NCBI GenBank assembly: GCA_964016885.1 | Contig: OZ024743.1 | Location: forward strand, 197,160,001-197,224,000 | Direction of reading: 5' to 3' | Length of the DNA: 64,000 nucleotides | Source of the DNA: Eledone cirrhosa | Taxonomy: Eukaryota | Shown here: positions 54,138 to 64,000 of the stretch, piece by piece | Numbering within the stretch: position 1 is the first letter of the stretch | Layout of the letters: each line of letters opens with the position of its first letter | Notes under the pieces: generated by a model | The model's database searches: none | Told to the model about the DNA's origin: nothing | Seen by the model: only the letters and a program-made list of their open reading frames with translations | Translations under genes and position numbers: made by a program

Positions 54138-55660
54138 AACTCAGCACACAGTACTTGACATAAAAAGACACACCCACAGGCACACAGACTAAACATCTCA
54201 TACAAAGAAGAAAATTGATTTCACGAAATACTATATTGGCAATTGACGTCATTCACGTGGAAAGCAAAATAACCATAAAAAAACGCTTGGAAAAGACTTA
54301 GAAAAAATTTTAATCAAAATCAAAATTTAATCCCAAAGAGAGGAAATTGGAACATTATCCACTGAAAGTTCCTTAAACCCTAAAGAAGGGACTTTTAGGT
54401 CCCAAAATATTGGACAGATAAAAGAATATCTACAAAAAAACAGATTACCAGGTAACTTATTTTAACTTTTCGTTACCTCATCTTACAGTCCATTTTGCAT
54501 TGTTTAGCCTTCTATCTCTTTCAACGCTATATATGTTTATCCTGGGTTCAATCGGGAGTAACCACAGTAAGTAAGGTACTTTCCTGATGATTTCTTCTGA
54601 ATGAAACAGTTCTAGTCCTGTAGAAGCCATTTCTATATTAAATATATATATTTTACATATACCCACCCTTATATTTGTGGAGACGTTTGCTGATTAATTC
54701 AAGGGCCACTGCAGTATTAGATCTCCACTAGCCAGTAACTCAAACTGCCCCATGACCTTATAAAATACAGGGTGTTTTTCTGGGATGTCTTTTGGAAAAA
54801 AAAGTGCATCTTATAAGCTGTCAAATATGAGATATATATATATAGTTCAAGAATAGACAAGACAAATATAGAGATGCAAAAATACAAACAAAATTTTATT
54901 AGTTTCGCGCTTAAGAAGAAGTAAATGAGGGTTTCGACATGTCAGACATAAGTCCTTCTTTGGGAAATGTAGAGTTGAGAGAGAAAGAGAAAAGGTGAAA
55001 AGGTAGGAACAGCGGAGTTTGGAAAACAAAAAAAAAAATGATTTAAGAAGGCTGGGAAGGGTAGGTGGGTAGTTTGGAGTGTGGAGGTGGTGGTTGAGAT
55101 GGAGAGTCCAGGAGTGTCATGGGTGCTGTTATGTGTGTGCAGATGGAGTGCATTTCATGGGTGTGCCTTATTGTTTCTGTGTGTGTGTATGTGTGCATGT
55201 GGTTTGTGTATCGTTGATGGAAGTCCGTGTGTGTGTCTATGATCTTTTTAAATGTAGTGTTTGTGTGTGCATATGTATGATTTTGTATGAGTGTGTGTAT
55301 GAATGTGTGTGTACATGGGTATATGTACACACAGGCAATAGATATATCCATCACATACATGTTTCTATACACATGGAGACAGAAAAGAACTGCTAACACA
55401 ATGTCTTTGTTGAGATCATCTGTTCTTTTTTTCTCTCATTTTTTCCATTGAAATATAACAAAATGCTCGCTAAAGCTAATAAGTTAATTAGGGAGATGAA
55501 AAATTATGAAATAATAATTCATTAATTGGATTCAAATATAATCTCTATTAATACATAATAAAATATGATTCTAGTTATAATAATTAATTAAAAAAAGAAA
55601 TTCATAAATCTATTCTTAAAAACAGAATAATCAACAGAACAACAACAAAATAATAACAGC

Positions 55661-55691
<31 letters not shown>

Positions 55692-55757
55692 TGGTAATAA
55701 TAATAATGATTTTATTAAATTTATTTCTTTTAATAATAAGAATTATAATAATAATAA

Positions 55758-55848
55758 TAATTGTTTCTACTTTTGGCACAAGGCCAGCAATAACCCAGTA
55801 CATTACTGGTACTTTATTTTATCGACCCCGTAAGGATGAAAGGCAAAG
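55758..55848 (-). mobile_element. 5'-truncated SINE A in (AAT)n
   Basis: 3' half of SINE A. Confidence 0.85.
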
Positions 55849-56339
55849 AATAATAATGATGATGATTATAATAACTATTATTATATTTATAATAAAATGA
55901 AACCACATATGGTAGCAGACTTTGTTTTATGACATCAGAGCTTTTAGACAGCAGATGGGTGCAATGAGGTGGTTGGTGTATTATAATGTTTAATCCAAAT
56001 AAAAAAGAAAACAATGATGGATATTAAAAAAAAAAGAAAAAAGATTTTATGTGTGATGTGAGATTGGGTTGGTTATGTCTAAAGAATATTGAGAAAATGG
56101 TATTGTATCTCTAAACTATCTTCTAAATAGTGAAGCTTGAAGACTATGAAACATTTTGTATTGCTTTTAATAGTTCTGTTTCTAACACATTTGTCTCCCC
56201 TTTGTTCTTTGATTCATAAAGTGTTCCTACAGCGACATTGACTCATCTTTACATACACACACACACACACACAGGTAGGCACACACACACACACATACAT
56301 ACATATGAGGAAAAAGACCAATTTAACTTCAACAGTTCT

Positions 56340-56456
56340 TTATGAGCAAAACACAGTCACCCGACCCAACTTGCCTTTAGTGGGACAACCCATCTAACCC
56401 ATGCAAGCATGGAAAATGGACGTTAAATGATGATAATAATGATGATGATGATGATT
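56340..56456 (+). mobile_element. RTE 3'-end fragment
   Basis: ggacaacccatctaacccatgcaagcatggaaaatggacgttaaa(tga)n; similar stubs at 43537-43583, 60420-60495 and 62790-63010. Confidence 0.75.
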
Positions 56457-56709
56457 TACTAATTAAACATTCTCCAATTGCAAATCTTTAAATTTAATGT
56501 CCTGTACCACATGTAACATAATTAGAAAAACACTCTTAAAAAGTACAAAACAGGATTATAACTGTATCACATGGAAAATTGAAATGTCATTGTAATTTGG
56601 ACACAGGTTGGAAATGTCTGCATCCATCCCACCATGACAGTCATTTACTATAGACAAAAACTGGAGTGCCATTATGCTAGTTGTTTTCCATGGTCAGAAT
56701 TCTTCTCTA

Positions 56710-58036
56710 CGAGGGGGGGGGGGGGGGGGGGAGGATCAAAAAGTTCGCGGAATTTTATCGTAGTAAGAAAAAATTAGGTTAAAACAATATTAAATATGTC
56801 AGAACAGTGTCACTGGGTGTTTACCTTGCTATTAGTCACTTGTAGTCAGTTATGCACGGACTATTGTACAGTACTGACACTCTTTAAAAAACCTCTTTTT
56901 GGCACAATGGTAAATAGTTATTTTGAGATAAGATCGAATATCAAGTTTCTGGTGAAACTCAAATGGAAAGGGACACAGATTATGGAGGCTTTAGTTAAAG
57001 TTTACGGTACTACTGCTCCAAAGAAAACTGCTGTCTACAAGTTGATTCAGCGATTCAAACAAGGGAGAGACGACCTTGAAGACGACCATCGAAGTGGAAG
57101 ACTAGGAACATCAAAAAATGACCAAACGTTGAGGCTGCTCAGAATTTAATTGAAGAAGATCGAAGAATAACAGTTAATCAGTTAGCTAAGTCCCTAGACA
57201 TTTCATATGGTTTGGCAAATTCAATTCTGCACGATAATTTGGGACTAAGCAAGCTTTCAGCGCGATGGGTCCCAAAAGCGTTGCGCCCTGATCAGCTGAT
57301 TCTTCGAAGTGATCTGTCTTTGGCCATGTTAAACAAAATTGAAGTTGATGAAGAGCATTTCCTGACCAGAATCATCACCGGAGATGAAACCTGGATCTAC
57401 CAGTATGATCCTGAATCCAATCAGCAGTCAAAACAGTGGCTTCCATGTGGATCATCGGGGCTAATCAAGTTCAAGTCTCAAAAGTCGGATCAAAAAGTGA
57501 TGGCCACCATTTTTTGGGATTCAGATGGGGTGATACTAATAGATTATCTTGAAGGTTAAAGAACTGTGACAGGAGCTTACTATGCAAATGTTTTAAGGAA
57601 GCTGAAAGAGGCATTAGTCAAGAAACGAAAAGGGAAACTTCATGGTGGGATCTTGTTTGACCATGACAATGCACCAGCGCATTCTGTGCGGGTTGCAAAA
57701 GAAGTTCTTCAAGAATTTAGATGGGAAGTGCTTCCTCACCTGCCTTATAGTCCAGATTTAGCCCCATCAGACTTTTTCCTCTTTCCAAAACTCAAAGAAA
57801 TGCTAAAAGGAACCCGTTTTAGTGGTGTTGAAGAAGCTAAAAACACTGCCAACACATGGCTTCGAACAAGGCCTTCAACTTTCTTTAGAGATGGCTTACG
57901 AAGCTGGAAGCATTGCCTTGTGAAGTGTATTGACCTGGATGGCAACTATGTAGAAAAATAAATTGAAGGTAAATCATATTTTTGGAAAAATAGAATATTT
58001 TCTGAAAAATTCTGCGAACTTTTTGATCCCCCCTCG
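56710..58036 (+). mobile_element. Full-length mariner (DD34D) transposon
   Basis: TA TSDs at 56708-56709 and 58037-58038; TIRs CGAGGG..ATCAAAAAGTTCGCGGAATTTT / AAAATTCTGCGAACTTTTTGATCCCCCCTCG. Confidence 0.95.
56907..57961 (+). pseudogene. mariner transposase, disrupted (frameshift near 57125, stop at 57557-57559)
   Basis: WVPKAL, ITGDETW, HDNAPAH, YSPDLAPSDFFLF motifs. Confidence 0.93.
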
Positions 58037-58039
58037 TAT

Positions 58040-58330
58040 TCTTCACGAGTTAATATAACTTACTTGTAAGCTGTGTCTGATGTGAGTGGGCTCCACATTG
58101 GTCTCACATAATCAAGAATTGGCCGACTAACTTGCTTTTATAAGTTCTGTAACAGTGAAATTTATCCTATCTACATGTACTGCCAATGGTTTGAAAATGT
58201 TGTTCTATGTTGAACATGACCTGTCATTCTGCAAAGTGAATATTGTGTGAAATGAAACTCCTCATATCTTGAGTGGTTGTTCTGGAGATAGAGCATGCCT
58301 AGAAACTTGAGCTTGGGGGTAATAATAATA
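58040..58330 (-). mobile_element. Highly decayed LINE RT C-terminal remnant
   Basis: Minus strand: YKA..RPILDYVRPMWSP resembles the post-RT LINE motif; appears to continue left of the mariner. Confidence 0.4.
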
Positions 58331-59068
58331 GAGCTGGACAGCTTGAGGGGATGAACATAGAGACAAAGTGCTGAGAGTTGCAAACCTTTGCCTACAAAAG
58401 AGACCAATCATTTATTCACTCCAATGTTGAGTTTGAACTTCTCATTGTTTGAACTGCTTATTTCTGGTAGTGTAAGGCCTGTTCTGTATAAGTACAGTCT
58501 AACGGACACAAGATAAGTTTGTGTGTAATTGTGAGAGGTATTTGTGAGAAACTGGTGATATCTGAGAGTGCCATATTATGATTGTGTGATTAGGTCATCT
58601 CATGTATCAACAATTGATGAAAGCTATAGCTACTGGGCTGTATTGATGTCTGTTCCATTTATTGTGTCCATTTCTTCTGTAATGTGTTGTTTTTGTATTA
58701 GACTAACAAGTTCAGTGTCATCTCAAATATCATCAGCTGGTAAGATTTTACAGATGTTAGTTTGAGAGTGAATAGTTACAGTATTGAATGTGAAGTTATC
58801 TGGAGGTGTTAAGGTTTCTAATTCAGTTGTATGAGGCTGTAGCTTCACTGTGTAAAACTATACCAATGTTTTATGTATACAATGGGGATGCCAATTTTCT
58901 TGGATTGTGTCTCTCTTGTATTTGAATTCATATGTATCACAGGATTAATGGTGTTTCAGATTTTATCTCTAGTGTCATTTTTTTCCCACACAGTTACCAT
59001 ATGTCATCACTGTTATTCATACCCTCATCCACCAGCTTACTGCTATTGCCAACATCAGTATTGTTGTT

Positions 59069-59099
<31 letters not shown>

Positions 59100-59277
59100 G
59101 GCGGTGGACTGGCAGTATCGGTAGAGGGTCGGACGCCATGCTTTGAGTTATGGCCCTTGCCATTCTGAGTTCAAATCCCGCCAAGGTTAACTTTGCCTTT
59201 CATCCTTACGGGGTCGATAAAATAAAGTACCAGTAATACACTGGGCAATTGCTGGCCTTGTGCCAAAAGTAGAAACA

Positions 59278-59328
<51 letters not shown>

Positions 59329-60118
59329 GGGTGGTGGAAGGTCGGACACCATGCTTTGCAGCATAGAGTTATACCCCTTTATAGTCTGAGTTCAAATCCT
59401 GCTGAAGTTCACTTTGCCTTTCATCCTTACGGGGTCAATAAAATAAAGTACCAGTAACGTACTGGGGTCAATTTAATCGACTTCTCCCCCAAAATTACTG
59501 GCCTTGTGCCTATACTAGAAATCATTATTATTATTATGAATGGTGAAATAGCAGTAACGGTAGAGCATCGGACACCATGCTTTGCAGGATAGAGTTACGG
59601 CCCTTTACACTCTGAGTTCAAATCGCACCGAGGTTAGCTTTGCCTTTCATCCTTATGGGGGTTGGTAAAATAAAGTACCAGTAATGCACTGGGGTCGATT
59701 TAATCGCCCCCCCCCCCCCCTGAAAAAAAAAATTGTTGGCTTTGTGCCTAAATCAGAAACCATTATCATTATTATGGCAGTGGATTGGCAGTATCGGGAG
59801 AGGGTTGGACGCCATGCTTTGATGCATAGAGTTACTGCCCTTGCCATTCTGAGTTCAAATCCCGCCGAGGTTAATTTTGCCTTTCATCCTTACGGGGTTG
59901 ATAAAATAAAGTACCAGTAGTGTACTGGTTAATTGCTGGCCTTGTGCCAAAAGTAGAAACAATTATTATGAATGGTGGAATAGGAGTATTGGTAGAGCAT
60001 TAGACAACATGCTTTGCGGCATATTGTTATGGCCCATTACAGTTTAAATTTTACCGAAGAAAGCTTTGCCTTTCATCTTTATGGGGGTCGATAAAATAAA
60101 GTACCAGTAATGCACTGT
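59100..60118 (+). mobile_element. Array of five head-to-tail SINE A copies
   Basis: Copies at ~59100-59281, 59328-59525, 59540-59765, 59775-59968 and 59970-60118, joined by (ATT)n. Confidence 0.92.
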
Positions 60119-60269
60119 CATCAACGTTGGTGTAGAGGAAAGTAGAAAAGAGCTGCTGTGGCAGAAAGAGGAATTTGAGACAGAAGAAGAAAAGGAGTGT
60201 GTGAGAGAGAGAGAGTGAGAGAGATATAGAGTGAGAGAGAGAGTGAGAGAGAGAGAGAGTGAGAGAGGC

Positions 60270-60339
<70 letters not shown>

Positions 60340-61049
60340 TGCATGTGCTGTAGAAAAAAATAAGTGAATGGATATTATATATATATATATAATGCCAGAT
60401 ACAGTTCTATATGAGTGAGATACGGTCACTCGATCAATCTTGCCTCGTCTAGCCCATGCTAGCATGGAAGATAGACATTAAATGATGATGATGATATATA
60501 TTCTCCATTCACACACACACATATATATATATATATATAAAACAGAGCGAAGTAGATAATTCCAAGTGAGGAACAGAAGCAGTCAAGGAATCTGTCTGAA
60601 TAAATAACTGGATAAGTGATAATAAATAGAAACAATATTATTTTTGCAACAGGGCTAATGAGAGGTGCTGAACATTATGAGGAAGCCCTGCCAAGAGGGT
60701 TTAATTAAGAGAGATTAAAATAATATATTTTAGGACACCAGCTTTACTGTAATAAAGTACAGTACAATAAGGAGATTCTATACTAATTTGACAGGAAAAA
60801 AAATACAAAACCAAAAAATGCCCAAATTAGAAAAAAATGTTACCCCTTTCATGATCCTATTTGTAAAGGAAAACATTGCTTATATATTTCAATCAATTTG
60901 TAAAATAATAAAGAATGTGGAAGACTTTGGTAAAATAAATGATTTTTCAATATTATGGTAGAGTTGGGTGAAAGGGACTTAAGTAAAATTTATGATGGAA
61001 GGTTTTAATTTAAACATGAAGACTTTAAAATAATTACATCTTAGTCATC

Positions 61050-61577
61050 TTACCCATTTGTGATCATATTTCTAATGAAATACACTGGCTGTTGCATTTC
61101 AATTAACCTTGAAAATAATAATACAAAAAAAAAAAAAAATTGGAATTAAAATAAGTGACCTTTTCATTATTGAGCTGGTGTTTGTAACATATCTTTATAA
61201 AAGTTACATACATAAAATTGTAAAGGAAAGTTTGAAATTAAATATGAACATTTTGAAATCTCAGGGCTTCATATTACGAACCCAGCAGCAGTTTCAAAAG
61301 GGTTCATGTCAAAAAGGTTAATCCTTTCATAACTCTATTTCTAATGAAACACACAGTATTTCAATTAATTAATAAAACATTTTCAGTGATTTACTAAAAT
61401 GGTTAATTATTTCATTACTAAGATAGTAGCTTAACATATGGTGCATAAATAAAATTATATTGAAAGATGTATTAGTGTGTTTTACATCGAATAATAATAA
61501 TATTTGATTTTTTTGCAAGCAAACAGCCTCATAAGCCAAGAGGCAATTTTAGGTGGGTTTGTATCAAAAGAGCTAAG
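61050..61577 (+). mobile_element. Two adjacent old TTAA MITE family 2 copies
   Basis: atatttctaatgaaa(t/c)acac left motif occurs twice; right ends caaaaaggttaa (61321) and caaaagagctaa (~61576). Confidence 0.55.
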
Positions 61578-62009
61578 CATATTGTAACAGACTTACATTT
61601 GTTTTTCATTACAAGATGTTTGTTGTTAATTCTTGGACAATTTGGCTTGGATTGTGTAGTTCATTTATTGTTGTACAAATCAAACCAAAATCAAACTTTG
61701 CTCTTTACCATTCCTCTTGGTTTATAATAATAATGATTATGATGATGATGATGATGATGATAATGGTTTCTAATTTTGGCATAAAGCCAGTAGTGTTGGG
61801 AAGAGAAAGTCTATTATTCAGTACTTGACTAGTACTTTATTTCAACAACCACAGGATGACATCCCTATCACTAACCACTTTTGACACCAATCTGGCTAAT
61901 ACAAGCTCTGGTTCTATGAAACAAAACTTCTTCTTTAACGGGTAGATATTTAATTTCAAATCTCCGAACATAATTTTATATGAAAACAATATGTTCAGTT
62001 ACTATCTTC

Positions 62010-62233
62010 ATCCTTTAGCATTGAAACTGGTCATATCTGGCCAGAATTCTCTCACCTCTTTCAGCTCAAACTGGCTGTAACTAGCTGCTCACTGACGGTA
62101 AGGTATTGTTCTCCAAATAAATAACAGCAAAATCTCATAGATTCAATATTATCTGAGATAATTATGTAAGATAAAGCCTTTACTGTGAAAATACAATAGT
62201 AAATATAGAGTAATGTAAATGTAAAAGGGTTAA
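62010..62233 (-). mobile_element. piggyBac-type MITE family 1
   Basis: Reverse homologue; aaagggttaa end. Confidence 0.8.
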
Positions 62234-63283
62234 TAATGAAATATATTATAATTTTAAGAAAATCCCTCAAAATTCTCCATTAATTAACTGAAATAGAATT
62301 TATTTCATTAGAAATATGGTCACAAAAGGGTTATGGGAGGTTGTACAAGTCTCTTCTAATGATTTCAATTAAATTGTACATCTCTTTTAAATAAGTATTA
62401 TATTGCTGTAACACTAAATACAAATTGTGATTTTGTAATTTCCAATTATGTTAGCCTAATTATCTGAACAAATTTGTTATATTTAATAAGATATCCATTT
62501 TCACTATAGACAGAAATAACAACAGCAAAACAAACATAATTTAGCTATATGTGTACTCAAAATTCCATTGTAATATGAATACAAGAAAACCTATTCTTCG
62601 TTCTACCTCTTATATTGCAATACTTTCATGTTAAAATATTTTAAACTTGATATTTCTATTATTCCAATTGTTTGTGTACTGAAGGACATCATTCCACACA
62701 CACAACACAAATTTATCTAAACCACCAAACAAAAATATAAATAAATAAATATAAATAAAGAACAATCCATACGAAAGCATAACCCATGTATTAACAAATG
62801 TTGGGTGGAGAAATGTTAAGAGCTCTAAATAGAAGAAAACTACAATAGAGGAAGGCCAAGGAAGACCTGAGCAGAGGTATTAAGAGCAGATCTCAAAACA
62901 CTGAACCTCAGAGAAGAGATCGCAAAGGAGCACAATGTATAGAGGAAGGCTGTGCTATAAAATACCTGTCTAACCCATGCATGGAAAAATGGATGTAAAA
63001 AAAAGGTGATCTAAAAAGAATGTGAAATTAAAAAAAAAAATGTTATGATTTATAGTCTACATTTTACAGTAAATAAATAAATAGCTTACAGAACGTTGAG
63101 GTGTTGGTAAGGGTTTAGCTGGTTTTATGATGTTAAAGCAGAGAAATAAATAAATCTTCTACAGGATGTGTTGGACTTTTGTTGATTCTGATGATGAATG
63201 TTCATGATGTTTGAACAACAGAGGGTAGCCAGTTCATAAAATATATGAGCAAGTAATTGAGCATTCTGAAAATACCTGCCAAC

Positions 63284-63483
63284 TTAACCCTTTAGCATTT
63301 AAACCGGCTGAATTCTCTCGCCTCTTTCTGTTCAAACTGGCTGCAATCGGTCACTCAATGTTAAAGTATTGTTCGCAAAATAAATAACATCAAAATCTTT
63401 TAGCTTTGATATTATGTCAAGTAAAGCCTTTACCATAAAAATACAATAGTAAATATAGAGTAATGTAAATGTTAAAGGCTTAA
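63284..63483 (-). mobile_element. piggyBac-type MITE family 1
   Basis: TTAA-CCCTTTAGCATTT ... AAATGTTAAAGGC-TTAA. Confidence 0.85.
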
Positions 63484-63893
63484 AGTAGTTCTCCAGGTAG
63501 GTTTAAATGTGAACAATCAATCACCCAGTTATTTCTTTGATACTCCATAGACTGAGATCATCTCTGATCTCTGAATATCCATGTTAAACCTCTACCGGTT
63601 CCAGCTACAAGTGGTTCCAATTGTTTGATCAATGGAGCAAACTGCGCATAAAATCAACATGCAAGTGGTCAAGCATTCTGAAGACAGATGCACTCTTAGT
63701 GTAGTTCTCAGGTAGATTTAGCAGGACACAGTAAATGACAAAGTTGGCCTTCTGAAATACTGGTATTGCTCACTTTTGTCAGCTGTGTGAACTGAAGCAA
63801 TGTGAAAACACACTGTTGAAAATCAAGCTCAAAACCTTACACTTAGATGATGGAATCTTAAATATGAATCTTAAAAGCAATTTAGAGAGAAAC

Positions 63894-63990
63894 TTAACCC
63901 ATTAGCCATTAAACCGGCAGTATCCAACCAGAATTCTGTCACCTCTTTCTGTTCAAACTGGCTGTAACTAGCCACTCATACTGAAGTAAA
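63894..63990 (-). mobile_element. piggyBac-type MITE family 1 (partial)
   Basis: ttaacccattagccattaaaccggc.. homology. Confidence 0.7.
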
Positions 63991-64000
63991 ATAAGTGACC

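Noticed and set aside
54925-54970. HHR-like remnant (minus strand CAAAGAAGGAC..GTCGAAAC)
   Set aside because: Core and stem III are too degenerate to call.

Overview
AT-rich, microsatellite-saturated eukaryotic DNA, intronic or intergenic. The repeat landscape suggests an octopus/cephalopod genome, but that is inference. No intact host gene is visible; there is one possible 87-nt exon on the minus strand. Most listed ORFs are translations of microsatellites. The real coding remnants are transposon-derived: a 5'-truncated RTE LINE (YADD motif deleted, PHD-like finger), Expander/Rex3-like RTE fragments, two Penelope-like (PLE) GIY-YIG fragments and a full-length decayed mariner. Non-coding repeats include two tRNA-derived SINE families, TTAA-flanked piggyBac-type MITEs and a 4-kb minisatellite. 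The most notable signal is a set of hammerhead ribozyme (HHR) motifs in short elements next to (TA)n tracts. These are a complete type I HHR with the compensatory U3-A8 core in a 322-bp terminally redundant unit, minimal HHRs, an HHR with a ~115-nt stem II duplicated in a 1.7-kb PLE inverted repeat, and three palindromes that look like HHR 3' halves folded back at the stem II loop.
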